Source of the DNA: Bilabrum cf. latius
Lineage: Eukaryota
Direction of reading: 5' to 3'
Assembly (NCBI GenBank): GCA_965178125.1
Contig: OZ237753.1
Coordinates: 930,001-994,000, forward strand
Length of the DNA: 64,000 bases
The translations under genes were made by a program, and so were the position numbers. Numbering within the stretch: the stretch's first letter is position 1; every line of letters begins with the position of its first letter. Below, piece by piece: positions 37,610-51,273 of this stretch. The notes below the pieces were generated by a model. That model was not told where the DNA came from and ran no database searches. It saw nothing but the letters and a program-made list of their open reading frames with translations.

Positions 37610-40367
37610 ATGAGCTCGGGCCCACAGCCGCTTCCGCCCAGCGCGGGTGGTAGACGGCGAATGGGCTCGCGTCCTCAAGCCGGACGCAGTTACCGAGAAG
37701 CCAAGTCAAACTCTCCCGACGATGGACCGAGGTCTGGAAGTCCCCGCCCTAGAACAGGGTTTAAGCCTAGTAAGCCATCTCTCGGAATGAGAGCAGGGGA
37801 AGACCGCCTGGCCGATATCGAGCGCTTGCAGAAGCAGGCCGAGATGTACACCAAGCGTATCGAGATGGAACGTCGACGGGCTGACGAAACGGAGATGAAG
37901 CTGAATGTGAGATGATTTGTTTGCGGTGGCGCTGTCCCCCCTTGGGCTAGCTGGCTCCGTGACTGGATTCAGAATCCCCAATTGCCCCGCCCCGCCAAGC
38001 TACCCGTTGCAGGTCTCGAGGCGAAAATTGGAAGAGTCTCGGTCTCGTCTCAAGGGATTAAATGAGGTCCAGCTGATGCGAAAGTAGGAGCGCTCCTTGA
38101 AGACCAGCGAGGGCCGATTGGAAAACATGCTGCAGCGCGTGAACCAAAAGGTGGCCCAGAACGACCGCAAGAAGAAGGAGATCGAGAGCCTCCGCAGGGA
38201 CCGTCTCCAGCGGGAAGAGGTCGTCCGCAAGCTGCAGGATGAGCTAGCAGACGCGACGCAGCGCGCCCGTAGGGGCCAGCAGGAGCAGGCGGCCGCTGCG
38301 GCAGAGCGCGAGCAGGCCGCTCAGGACGTGGAGGCGATGCAGTCGCAGCTCCAGTCCGAGCTGGGCGACTTCGAGGCGGCCTTTTAGCAGCAGGTGGGCG
38401 CGGTGGCATCCAAGGCGCGCCCCACGAAGCTGGATGAGGTGGACGCCCGGCAGATGCCCAGCCAGGCCGCGGCCATGCTGCTGCACATGGGAGCGGAAGA
38501 CGCCCACCACGGGGAGCTGTCCATCGACCAGGAGAGGGAGCTGAAGCACAAGAGCACCAAGACGTACTGGGACGTGGCTCGGCGGGAGGTGGAGCTCAGG
38601 GAACAAGCGGCCGCGCTGAAGCGGTACGAGGACGCCTTCGCCCGGATCCAGCAGGGCACGCAGATCCGGACGATCGACGAGATGGTGGGGGCCTTCGTGC
38701 AGGCAGAGGACCAGCACTTCGCGCTTGTGGGGATGATCAACGAGACGCAGAGGGACATCGAGCAGCTGGAGGTAGACGCCAAGAAGCTGAACGCGGGCGT
38801 GGACCGTGTGTACCAGGACGAAGCAAGCACCAGAGAGAAGCGCACGGGCCTGTTCAAGACACTCGAGGCCGAGATTGGGGCCATCGAAAAACGGGCGGGG
38901 GCCTACGACCGGAGGCACGACGCGGCCCTCAGGTGCCTGGACGTGCTCAAGCCCGGCGTGCAGAGCCTCTTTTAGAAAGTGGGTGCCAGCGACGAGACGG
39001 CAGCCGAGAGCCTGGCTGCCACCGGAGTCACCGAGGGGAACGTGCTGCAGTTCCTGGGGTCCATCGAGGAGCGGGTGGCCGAGATCACGCAGCTGCAGCA
39101 GCTGGCGGGGGTGGCCCCCTCACAGACCGGAGGGGGTGGTGCCATGGCCTCGCGAGGGTACTCCCCCGGGGTGTCGGGGGCTGCCCCCGGTGGAGGGGAG
39201 GTGTCGCTGCTCCGTCGGCTGCTGATGGGTGATGAGGATGCCCTGCGGGAGGTGCAGCACGGGGCGGGGAGTGGGATGGGAGGGGGGCAGTCCGTCGGCT
39301 CGCTGCACGGCATGCTTGAGTCAGGGGGGGGAGGGGTCGGGGAGGGCAAGGAGGACGCGGACATCGGGGCCTTCTCGCCGCGTGTGGCGGAGGTCGGGGG
39401 CACGGGAACCGGTGTGGGCGGGCCCATGGAGATGGAGCCGTTGGTGCGGGTGGGTGTGGTGCCATCCTCTGCGGATGCGGGAGTGGAGGGGGAGGACGAG
39501 GAGGATGAGGAGGCGATGGGGCTGGCAGGGGGGCATGCAGTGGGGCTTCGGGGCAGGCCCCGAAGCATAGGGGACGGGGACGAGGCTCTGCTGGCCGAGT
39601 CCGCGCGCGTGGTGGATCTCGGGGTCGGATTCCGGCAGCTCGCGGCTGCTAGTGCCGGGGAGGACGAGGAGGGTCTCGCCGGAGGCCTGTCTTCTCGGTC
39701 GGCCGCCAGCCCGGCCCGCTCCACCCGCAGCCACCGCAGCAAGGCAGGCTCCTCCCAGGCATCCCCCAGGTCGCCTAGATCGCCCGCCACGGACGGTTTC
39801 CCGGGGCGGTCGGGCACGGCGGGGCTGGCCATCGCGGATGCCACAAGCCGGAGCGTGACGCTAGGGGACCGCGGGACAGCAAGGGGCCGGATGGGCGCTT
39901 CTGCGACTGCACCCGGCAGTTCTCGGGGAGTGAGTGCGTCGGTGGCGGTGCTTCCGGCGCGCACTCGAGGGGGCAGGGGCGGCAGGGCTGGAGGGGGTCG
40001 TGCAGGAGGGGACGGCACTCCCCCAGTGCCCCTTGACGTGCGGGAGCTCAAGCACCAGCTGGGCCTGGCTGCTCCCAGGCAGGTGGGCACGCCGGGGGCG
40101 GGGGGCTCTGTGGCTGCCATGCGAGCCGCGGCGGATGCGGCTGGACTTCCACACTCCCCACTTGTGCAGCCCCGGTCTGCGCGCACCGGCCGAGTGACCC
40201 TGCCCTCCCGCGCGGAGGAGATGGCCCGATTGGAGGAGGAGGAGGCGCGGCAGGAAAAGGAGGAGAGGACAGCCAGGTACCAGGAGCTCAAGCAGCACAG
40301 GAAGGGTCTGCTGGCAGGGGTCCGCAAGGCCAAGCAGAACCTCGCCCCTGCGCTGCGGGATGACTGA
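37610..40367 (+). CDS. Coiled-coil protein, outer dynein arm docking complex (ODA-DC2/CCDC114/CCDC63)-like
   Basis: LQKQAEMYTKRIEMERRR, KEIESLRRDR, YEDAFARIQ, FVQAEDQHFAL, VTEGNVLQFLGSIEER. Intron 37907-38012; TAG at 38085, 38385 and 38973; ends TGA. Confidence 0.75.
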
Positions 40368-40504
40368 TGAGAGAGCGGGGCCGGGACAAACCGGACGCCG
40401 TGGTGGTCTTATTCTTGCAGAAGAGCTGAAATCCGTTTTGGATCATACCGTCACACAACACAAACCTGCGAAATACGAATTCCTGCGCCTGGCTCAGACC
40501 TGGC

Positions 40505-42594
40505 TCAGACTGGCGATTGCGCGAGCAGAGGCGCCCCCTCCTCCTGCAGCGTAGGTGAGCTTGGCACCGCATCCGAGTTGCCCCTCGCTGCCCCATTGCC
40601 CGCCTCTGATTGGTCACCATTCTTATCATAATCCTAGCTGCTGTCCTCCTTGGGGGCACTTGCACCACCACTAGCACTAGCACCGGCACCTGCACCTGCA
40701 CCTGCACCGGCACCGGCACCGGATCCGCTGCCGGTTTGGGGCACGTGTGCACCGCTCTGGCCGCGTACTTTGCTCTGCTGCTGCTGGTGGTGCTACCGTT
40801 GCTGCTGGGCCTCCCCTGCCTCCCTCTTGCCCCTGCCATCCCCTCTGCTCTCCCTCCTCCGCTGCACTACGGGCTGCAAGGCACCCGTACGCTCCGCCAG
40901 CCGCACCGCCAGCCGCTGCTGCGGCTCGAGCGCCGTGCCCGCACTCTCCGCCGCCAGCACGAGCTCTGCCAGCTTGTCCAAGGTGGCTCGGCGCAGCGGG
41001 TGGTCCACGAGCTCCACGGCCGTCCAGACCGGGTGCTGCAGCCAGTCGTGCCACCGACCCTGCGGCGGGCTGCCGTACAGGTTACCGCCCCCCGGGATGC
41101 CCATGCTCTCTGCGGCGTTGAGGAACAGCGACCTCCGGGTGAAGGGCAGGGGCACCCCCTGGGACTCGGGCAGGCGAGGATAGGACCCTCCTGCCTGCCG
41201 CATGTAGACCAGCCTCCTCCTGTGCCTGTACTCGTGCCTCGTCAGGTTGCTCGACACCAGCCAGGCGTGCAGCACGGCCTCTTCCCATACAAACACGGCC
41301 TGCCCCGCGGCCGCGAGCACGAGCAGCACCCACGCCGCCCCCTCCAGCGTGGCCTCCTCCGCGGCCCACAGCTCCAGGAGCGACAGAAACAGCACCAGCC
41401 CGGCGTTGAATGCCCACAGCACCAGCTGCAGCGTGAACAGCAGCAGGTTTCGCGCCCCGATGGATGTCCCCACCAGGGGGGCGAAGTGGTCATACCGGGG
41501 CACTGGCTTGAGGGGGACAGGGGGCATGGACCTGCTCCTGCTCGTGCGTCCGAACCTAGGATCGGCCTGGGACCGCAGGGGGGTCCGCACCTGCACCACG
41601 GCCCCGGCCCCGTGGGCCAGCTCTGTCCCCCGCGCGGCGAGGAGGGTGGCCTGCAGCGTGGAGCCGGCGCTGCGAGGGGCGGCCTTGAGGCCTCCCGGGG
41701 AGCTGTCCCCGTGGCGGGATGAGCCGGTGGTCCTGGGAGTCTGCAGCACGGGGGCTCCCGAGGGGGTGGAGGACCCACCGCCGGTCCCACTCGAGTCACC
41801 GGCCTAGATCTAGACCTATGGTTGCCCCGCGCCCCGGCTGTGCGAGCGCACGGCAGCGGCCGCCTCCGGTCCAAGGAACACACGGGACTGCGATGTGGAT
41901 CTCGCGTGGGAGCGGGAGGAGGAACCCGCCCTGCCGCCACTGCGGCTGTCAGTAGCAGCGGCGGCGGCGCTGGAGCGAGCAGAAGCCGGGAGCGGCACGC
42001 GGGTGCTGGACGAGTGCGCGCTGCGGCCGCGGCCCAGCCCTCCGCTGGCTGTTTCGCCGCCGCCTACTCGCAGGGCATTCACCGCACCCCCCAGACTGCC
42101 CCCTGAATGTCCCCTTCCGGCTGGGCCTGCCAGAGTGGTCGCTGTCGGAGCCGCGGCCGCCCGCCCGTCCAGCGCTGGGGTGAGGCGAATGGCCTCGCCA
42201 TCGATTGTGAGCTGCTCGATTGGCGCCGTGCCCGGATCTATCATGTACGTGGCAATGACAAGGATGGCTTCTAGCAGGAAAAATGGGAAGGTCGCCGCCG
42301 CTGCCGAAGCTGGGTGTTCAGCCAAAGCAGTGGCGGCATCAACGCACGCAATGCCGAACACCAGGATAAATCCGAGACGAACCAACAGCAGGGCACTCTG
42401 CCCAAACTACAAGCAACAGTCTGGTCCTTGTGATAGGGCCAGACCGACCATAAACTGCGGGAACGGAACCATCGACCAGGACACACGGCATAGTATCATC
42501 TACGCAGCACGAATGAGGGCACAACCTGTGTTCATGCAGCACTCAGCCTTACCTGTTCTACTTGGTCATGGAATCGCGTGGTAAATCGAACCAT
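40505..42594 (-). CDS. Divergent DHHC palmitoyltransferase-like membrane protein (DHHC replaced by DHFA)
   Basis: Two transmembrane segments, DPG, VPRYDHFAPLVGTSIGARNLLLF, two more transmembrane segments, NLTRHEY, PF..N. Intron 42455-42552; six TAGs; TGA 40505. Confidence 0.65.
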
Positions 42595-42876
42595 GAATTC
42601 ACCGATAAGCCGGCTAATGTGGGGAAATCTGCCGATTTGAAGACTTGCTGTTTGTAACGTGCATTTTAGATGGGTCGAAGGCTTCGTTGCAAACTTCAAC
42701 TCTACTACATCCGCGGACAGTCTCTGCCAAGTGCGAGCTCCCTTGTGTTTGAAAGTCGACAAGGTGTCGCCAACTTATTAGCAGTATGATGATCTCAGCG
42801 TAATTGGTCGGGCAAAGCGCACGAACGAGTTGCCGCTGCTGTTGGACACTAGACCCGTTTTTGGTCGCGCCGTGAA

Positions 42877-45800
42877 ATGGCGGGCGCTCCGATGGTTTCG
42901 GACCGCGCGCGAGAGTGGGCGCAATTTACAGTTTTCGCCAACGACTTGATCTCGTCCGACCTGGCCGATGGCGTCTATGTGATCGTTGGCAGCAACCTGC
43001 AGATGCCCGCCACAACGTCTCCTCTCGAGCAAGCCTCGCCTGCGACGAACCAGTTCAGATGGGACCAGATCGGATTTCATTTGGCGGATATAGGCAGTGC
43101 AAATGATGTGTGAGAACCGGCAGCCATCCTACCATGCTGGCCACCTTGAGCAGCTTCCACCCGGTCCTAGCCCCAAAGACACCACCAGTGTGCGTTTCCT
43201 TTTCGGAGCATGATTTCCGCAGCTTTCCGATCCATTTCTATGAACTTATCTAGAGACCCACTGCCGACGGTTCCACAAAACCGGAGCCGGAGCCCCTCGG
43301 ATACGTGCGGATCTCCATGAAGGGTGAGCGGCGCGCGTCCTGCACGCGACAGTCAGCCCCACGGATGTTGCTGCCTCGCAGGTACTGGGTCGCGACGGCG
43401 GCCCACAGGTCAATACACGTAGCCCCTTCGATGACGTGCCGAGTGGACTCCTCTTGATTCCCACCCCTCCCTCCCCCGCTTCCCCGCAGTCCTGCTGGAA
43501 GAGCAGCAGAAGCACGGGATGGTCGAGCTGCCCATCCTGCCGCCGCCCTCGCGCGTCCTTCGAGAAACGGGGGACGGGTCAACCCCGCCAGTGGGGAGCG
43601 CTCGCTTCCTGGCCGTCTCGCTCACCACGCTCCCTGACAAGGAGGCAGACAGCCGGGCGGACGCGCTGGCAGCTGCTGCTGTGGGGGATTTGGACGACCC
43701 AGACGCTGCCTCTGTGGGAAGCACTAGCAGCAGCACAGGCAGCAGCAGCGAGGGGGATCACGGGGACGATGATGGAGAGGGGGAGGGGGAGGGGGGCAGC
43801 AGTCCCCGGCTGAGCAAGAGCCTCACGCGCAGCTTCGTGGCTCGTGCCGGGGACGACTTCACCGTCGGCACACCGGACGACTACCGCGATGGCGGGGTGG
43901 TGGAGACCGAGGACGGGCAGCTCAATCCGAGGAGGGCCCGTCTGGCGCTTGACTCTCCGCTGTCCTCTCCCTCCTCGCTCGCACGGAGCCAGGGGTCCGT
44001 CGCGTCGTCCATCGGTGGAGGTGGAGGTGGGCAGCGGGGTGGGGCCAGCACCTCGCCCTCGAACGGTTCGGCTGGCGCAGGTGCTGCTGCCGCCGCCTCG
44101 GACCGTCTGGTAGCCGAGCTGCGGCGGCAGCTGCACGCGGCCCTCGAGAGGATGCGCTCAGCGGAATCCAGGGCCTCGAGGCTGGTGGACGCGCAGGCGC
44201 GGGCGGACCGGGAGCGCAAGCTGAGGGGGGCGATGGAGCAGGAGCGGGCGGTCGTGGAGCAGGAGCTGGAGAGGATGCGAGGGGCCGCCCGTGAGCTGGA
44301 GACCCGCGAGCTGGCGGTGCAGAGCGAGGCCCAGAGCAACGCCACGGTGGCTCGCTAGTGGAAGGAGCACGCGGAGAGTCTGGAGAGGCGGGCCACAGAG
44401 GCGGAGAGGCAGCTGGACGAGGCGAGGGCGGAGGCAGAGGCGCTCAAGGCCCTGAGGCAGGACGGCAAGGAGAAGGAGAAGGAGGATGGTGAGGGTTAGG
44501 ACGAGGAGCACGAGGCTCTCCGGACCGCGCTCAAGCAGGCCGCGGAGGCGCTGGGGCTGGCGCAGTCGGACGGGCGGCGGCTGGGCCGGGAGGCGGAGGA
44601 GGCCAAGCAGGCCCAGCGGGATGCCGCAGAGAGGGCGAGGAGACTGGAGGGACTGCTGCAGGTGGCCCGTGAGGAGGCAGGGGGGCTGCAGGAGCAGCTG
44701 GCGCGGGAGCTGGCACTGCGGGCTGCCGCCGAGGAGCAACTATAGCAGGAGCGGGCGGCAGCCACAGAGGCGCGCGAGTCTGCCAAGCAAGCTCTCGAGG
44801 CTCGGGTCGCGCTGGAGGCCCGGCTGGTTGAGGCCGAGTAGGAGGCCGGGGAGGCGCTCGTGAAGGCGAACAATGCGGAAGAGCAGGCCCGGGAGCAGGC
44901 CAAGGAACACAAAGCTGCGATGGCTGCCGCACTAGAGAAAGCAGCCGCAGCTGCAGCAGAAGCAAAAGCATCAGCATCAGCTGCTGCCTCGCCCCAATCG
45001 GGGAGAGGCATTGGCAGGGAGCGCGCAGGGTCTGGGCTAGGGCTGGAAGCGGAGGTGCGCGCGACCGAGGCCCAATCCCCCAGCACGCGGTCGAGGTCCT
45101 CCGATGGCGGATCCCCGACGCGCTCTCCGGATGGGCGCGAGCTGGCGGGTCTCCGCTCGCGGCTCGAGGAGCTGGGGGAGCGGCTGCGGGGCACGCAGCT
45201 GGAGGCGCGGCAGGCGGCGGAGCGGGCGGACGTGGCAAAGCAGCGGGCACAGGGCCTGCAGTCGCGGCTGGACGATGTGCAGTAGGAGCTCAAGGATGCG
45301 CGGGCGGCCAGCGAGGAGGCACGCAGGCTGGGGGAGGAGCGGGCCAGGTCAGGGGACGAGGTGGAGCGGCTGCGGGCCCGGCTGGAGGCGCACAGGGCCA
45401 ACGCGCAGCAGGAGCGGAGGCAGGAGCAGAGGCAGAGGGCGGCGCTGGAGAAGAGGGCGAACGAGGCAGAAGCAGAGCTGAGGCGCGCCCAGGAGCAGGC
45501 GAGGCAGGCGAGGGAGAGGGCGGAGGCGGCGGAAGGGGCCGCGGGGGGCCTGGCGCTGGCAGCCACGGAGGTGGTGGATAAAGGGAAAGGAGAATGCCTC
45601 TCCGCAGTGCACGAGGTGGTCAAGGTGGCGGAGCAGGTGCGAATCATGCTGCGGGAGCTGCTGGCCGCCGATGGCGAGGACGCCGAACAGGAGGAAGACG
45701 AGCAGGCAGAGAAGGAGGGCACCATCCAGGCGGGGGCAGATGCAGAGGCAGAAGCGAGCTCGGACGCGGCTCCGTCAGGTGCAGATGGTGGCGTGCACGT

Positions 45801-47682
45801 GCTGGAGCGGCGGGTGAAGCAAGCCGTGCGTGCGTCCACGCTCGAGGTACGTCGTGCTGTGCGGTCCATCCCGACCTCTGGGCTGCTTCGGTCCATGAGC
45901 CGGCTGTCACGGAGCAGGGCAGGGGTGGGCGCCCTGCGGAGGAGGGTTGACGAGGCCGTGGTGGAGGCGCAGGTGACGCACAAGCGAGCTACCGAGGCGA
46001 CGGCCCGTGCGGTGCGTCTGGAGGCGCAGCTGAAAGATGCGGTGGAGGCCAAGGGGGCCGCGGAGCAAGAGGCCAGACAGGCGAGGGAAGATCTGGCCAA
46101 GGCACGTGATGAGGAGAACCAGTCGGGCGGCGGGACCGAGACAGGGCAAGGAGATGGCGAGAAAGGCAAAGAGAAGGAGGAGGCGAAGGGCGAAGGCAAG
46201 GACGCGGATGTCGCTGCCTTGCGCGCGGACGTGGCGGACAAGGTGCGTCTGGTGAAGGAGTGGGAGAACTACGCGAACCACTGGGAGGCCAGAGGACGCA
46301 AGGCCGAGACGGCCATCCGGCAGTGGGAAGTCGTGCTCAAGGAGGCGAGGGGCAGGCAGGCGCACGCCGAGCACGCGGCTGCCGAGGCGGAGGCCAAGCG
46401 AAGGGCACTTGCGAGGGACTGTCAGCTGTACGGGGAGCAGCTTGAGGCAATGCGGGCCGTGCTGCTCAGAAACGGGATCCCGCTCCCTGCGGTGGCATCC
46501 GTGCGGGCCCGTGCCCTTAGCACTGCCTCGATGGGCAGCAGTGCGTCTGCCTCCTCCCAGGACGCGAGCCAGGGCGGCAGCGGCAGCGGGGCCAGCGCGG
46601 GGGCGCCCTCGGTGGCAGGTGCGCGGCCCCCTTCCCCGCCCTCGCCCTCCCTACCCAGCACCAGCCCGGGCACTGGCACCGGGGCGGGGATGCATGGGCC
46701 GTACCCCGTGGGCCAGTACCCGCACGCGCTCTCTCGCACAGCAGGCCCCAGCGCTGCCGTGCCCCATACCGCGCATGCACATGCACATGCACATGCACAT
46801 GGACCGGATGTTGCCGCGCTGCCCGCCTCCAGGGCCACCCATTCGGCTGCTTCCTCCGCGGCTCCCTCGCCGAACAGTGCAGCCGAGTCGCACGCCGGGG
46901 TCAGGGCGGGCCATGGCGGGGGCGCAGCGGCGACTTCTGTGGTACAAGAGCCTGCGCCATGGGCGGGTGTTGGGCCGGGGCGTGGCTCCAGCCGACAGGG
47001 CGGAGGGTCTCCGCCGCGGGATGCGGGTGCAGGGGCTGGGTCACCTCGCATGCAGCAGCAGAGGGGGCCGCCGGGAGGCTCCGCGTCCGCTGCCAACGGC
47101 AGGGTACCAGGAAGTCACTCTGGAGCAGGATACCGCAGCTTCTTGGGAGCAGTCGGCGCCAGCTCGGGGGCATCGGCAGGGCAGCGCCATGCTGGTGTGA
47201 ACGGCTCCACGTCTGGATCCGGGTCCGGATTGGTATCGGGAACTCGCTCGTATGCAGCCATCGCAGCACAGGCAGGTGGTCCGTACGCGAGCCAGAGGAC
47301 GTCACCTGCGGGCTAGGGCACAGGCACGAGCACGGGCGCGGGCGGCGGTTCGTACGCGGGTGCCACTGCATCTTCGCAGCTGAGGGGGGCCCGGAGGGGT
47401 ACCCGCGGTAGCTTTGTGCCCTCGACAGATAGGTCGGTGGGCAGTCCGCAAGCGAGCAGGGCGGGCCACGGGAGCAGCCCCTCCGTCGAGAAGCAGTCGC
47501 AATCCCAGGGGAGCGCCGGGTCTCGCGCCCACGCTCCGTCTGCGGCCTGGGATGCGACCGGTAGAGTTGATGCAGGCCGGTCCTCTGGTGGGAACAAGGG
47601 TGCATCCAATGGGAGGGGGGGCGCATCTGCTTCCCCCTTGCAACGGCTCGCGGACCGTGCTGCGCGTACTGGTCGGAGATGA
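42877..47682 (+). CDS. Long coiled-coil protein with possible N-terminal C2-like beta domain and low-complexity tail
   Basis: Exons approx. 42877-43109, 43223-43323, 43489-47682. E/A/R/Q-rich heptads continue across TAG 44356, 44742, 44838, 45283 and 47314; TGA 47680. Confidence 0.65.
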
Positions 47683-47882
47683 CGGCCCGCTGCGTACTAG
47701 TTGCCATCCATTCGATCCGGATTGGGAGACGATCCAATTTTTTGATTGAGGATGGATGGGTCCCCTTAGCAAGAGGATTTGAGAAAAGGTTGTAATGCTG
47801 TGTGGTGAGTGGTAAGTTTCGTATTCTGATGAAACAGATGGATTTAGCTGTCATATTCGTTAAACGTACCTCGACAACTACC

Positions 47883-50800
47883 TCAGCCCCACCAGGGCGG
47901 TCTACTCTCGTACACGGACGCAAACGAGCCCCCTTCCGCCTTCCTGCCGGCAGCCCCTGACGGCGTGCTGCCCCCCACCCCGAATCCGGCACGCCTCCCT
48001 CCATATGCTGCCTTTGAAGGCGTGTATAGAGAAGGTGACGGCGCCGGTGACACCCTCCCGGCCCCTCGCGGCGTCCTGCGACCACCGGCAGCGCGGTGGC
48101 CTGCAAGGCGCACCGGCGACGCCCGCTTGTACAGACCGACAGCGGCAGGTCCCGCCGCACCCAGACCCGACCCCACGTTGGACCCTCGCCCCCCTCCGCG
48201 GCCAGGGTGCCCGTACACCGCACCGGCCCCTCCACCGTACAGGCCTCCTCCGGCCACCCTGCCTCCGCGCGCGCTGCCCCGACTGCCTTTAGAAGATCCT
48301 CGCGACGCACGCCGCCCCGCCCTGCCACCAGCGTTTCCACGGCCACCGGCCCCGCCACCTCCATACGGCCCATACTTGGCATGTGCTTCGGCCCGCACGC
48401 GCCCGTCCCTCGCGGAATCCAGCGCCTCGAGCCCGGCGAGCCCGCCAAAGGCGTACCCAACGGAAGGTCGCGCCACCCCCGCCCCGCCCCCGCCCCGGTA
48501 CACCCCACCACCGGCACCAGCACCAGCTTGCCCCCCGCCCATTTGCACTGCGGCGGCCCCTCCACCCACAGGCGTGGCCCCACCGTACTAGTATTTAGGC
48601 ATGTATTTGGCTGGGGCCACAGAGGCTGCGTCGCGCTCCCGACTCCGGCCCCCGAGCCGGCTGCCCCTCCTCGCCTGGGAGCCGGAGCCCTGGCCTTGCG
48701 GGACTGCATCGCTGCTGCGGTACCGGCTCAGGCCCCGCCCTGCAGCACCAGCACCTGCCCTGGCCCCCCCACGGCCCGCCTCTCGCTCCATGGCCCGTCT
48801 GGCAGCCCACGCCCCGTCACTGAGGACGCTCCTCTCCTCGCCACGCGCAGCTGCAGCGATGGACCTGTCTGCGTGCCTCCCACCGGCCATGATCTCTGAA
48901 CCGCCGCGGGCGATGCGACTATCCCGCCCCCCAGCCCCTCGATCACTGCCATACTGACTACCGTACCCTTGTTCCCTACCCTTGCCACTCCCCAGTCCGT
49001 CCAAGGGGTCATCCACACCGCGGATGCCTCCCCGCCCCTGCCTCCCCCTCCCCCTCCCCCTCCCATCGTACCCCCCCGCACCCGCACCCGCACCCTCCTC
49101 TCCTCCGCCCCAGTCCTGCTCAAACTTCCGCAGCGCCTCCTGCGCGCGAGACACATGCTGCTCCCCCCGGTGACCCTGCGCATGGCCCTTCCCGCCCATT
49201 CCTGCCCAGCCCCCCGCGCCACCCCGCCCTTCCTGCCGCCCTCGCCCTCGTTCCACTGCGGCTCCCCGCCCATTCCGGCCAGGCCCCCAGTACCGATCCC
49301 CGCCGCCCTTGTCCCTGTCCCCATTCCGCCACCTGTCATCGGCTCCACCTGCGGCTGGCTCGGAACCCTAGCTCGGCTGAAAGAAAGACCGGCCACGCTC
49401 CTCGCGATCCGCTGCGGCGCGCTGTGCACGCGCGGCAGCTGCCGCTGCAGCACCGCTGCCCGATGAGCCCCCGTCCATCATCTTGCCCTCCAGCAGACCA
49501 ACCCTGCCACCCCCACCCCCACTGCCACCGCCCCTGCCACTGCCACTGCCACTGCCACTAGGCTCGCCCACTCCCGCCCGCCGGCCGTAGTGCACCAGCA
49601 CCTCCTCTTGACCGCCGGCTCCCTGCCCTCTCCCGGGGGGAAATCCCCTCGCCCCCGCCACGGGGGCCACTGCGTCAAACTCGCGCCCGAGCTGCACCGC
49701 GACACCAGCTCGCCCTTCGTCTCCCCCTTCACTGCCAACGCCCTTGGCCACGATCTTCTTCTTCCTCCTGACGTACTACGGGGACGGAAGCAGGTCTGCC
49801 AGCTACCCCGGGTCCTTGCGCGCCCCCCTGGGCACAATCATGGTGGCCAGCATCGCGTCGGGCAGGCCGCCCCCGCCTAGCCGCATCGTCTCCTCCTGCC
49901 AACGCCGCAGCTCGGCGCGCTTGGCAGATACCACCCGAGAGTCCAGCGCGCCTTGGGCTGATGGCCTCCTCCGGGGGTCCACCTGCAGCAGCTGGGACAC
50001 GAAAGCCGACAGATCCGCCGAGAAGGTCGATGGCAGTCGCGGGTAGTAACCCGCCTGTACCCTGCGCCTAAGCTCGTCGATGTCCCTGCCCCTGAAGGGG
50101 GGCCTGCCCGTGCACATCTCGTACACGACGCACCCCAGGGCCCACATGTCGTTCTTGTCGTCGTATGGCCGGTTCCTGTAGAGCTCCGGTGACATGTAGT
50201 ACGGCGTGCCGATCTGTGTCTTGACCAGGCCGTGCTTGACGAGCTTGCTGACGTTCATGTCACCAAGCTTTGCCCTGCCATCGGCCGCGAGGAACACATT
50301 GGCGGGCTTGATATCCCTGTGCAGGATGGAGCGGGAGTGCAGGTGAGCCAGGCCCTCGAGCATCTGCACCGTGTACATCCACACCCTGTTGAGAGCGAGC
50401 GAGAGGAGGAGGCGGATGAGATAGGGGAAGGTGGCAAAGAAGGCGGGTTGGAATGGAATGATCGGTAGCAGGTCGACTTGGGTGCTCCCGAGGTCACGCC
50501 GATCATGGTGGGCAGAGCAACTCGCGGTCCGGGAGGGCTCCATCTGCCGGCCCCCCGCTGGCAGGCCAGCATGGGTGCTCACTCTTTCTCCGGCATGCCG
50601 CGCTTCTGCCTGGCGTACGACTGAATCTTCCCTGCTAGATCGCCCCCGTCAGCGAATTCTTGCACGATGCAAAGCTCCATCGACGCGGGGTTCACGAACG
50701 CTTCAAGAAAACCGATGATGCAAGGGTGTCGGATGCTCGCGAGGAACCGTACCTCTGATAGAGCATCTTCGATCTCTCGGTGAGACATTGCGCTAATGTT

Positions 50801-51082
50801 GATCTTCTTCAAGGCGTCTGCGAGTACGAGCCACTGGGATGCACAGCATACGGCGGGGCGTGCAGAGAGACCGCAACGGCAACACGACTTGGGCAGCGAC
50901 GGTCCTGGCTATAGCCAGGAATGCATTCACTCACACGTAACTCCATCAGACTTTTTGACAACCTTATACACTTGAGCAAAGGCGCCCTTTCCCAATCGCC
51001 GCTTCACTATGAAGGATCGCATCGATGAACGCGATTTGCTGCCAGTTGAAGCCGACGGTTTGGCATCTGATGGGCGGTACAT
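47883..51082 (-). CDS. NIMA-related (NEK) Ser/Thr kinase with long low-complexity tail
   Basis: LGKGAFAQV, Y|ALKKIN, EVRFLASIRHP, HRDIKPAN, GDMNVSK, TQIGTPYYMSPE. Two introns; TAG at 49803, 49776, 49368 and 48588; TGA 47883. Confidence 0.9.
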
Positions 51083-51273
51083 GGCAGCACGTGAGGAATG
51101 ATATCAACAAATAACGATAAATCGCTGATCTGCGCTAGTACTAGGCTGGTTCATGCAGTGCGAGACGTAGGAGGGCCGTATATCTGCCGGTCCATCCCCG
51201 CTGGCAGCGCACGGTCGCAACCGCTTCCAGTGCAGACGCTGCCTCGAAGATCTGTATAGGTACCGTGTTCAGT

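Noticed and set aside
46901-48709. 602-aa minus-strand ORF and other long overlapping ORFs (e.g. 44496-46241, 40610-41722, 32703-34292)
   Set aside because: Shadow frames of GC-rich genes with no recognisable motifs; the real genes occupy another frame or strand.
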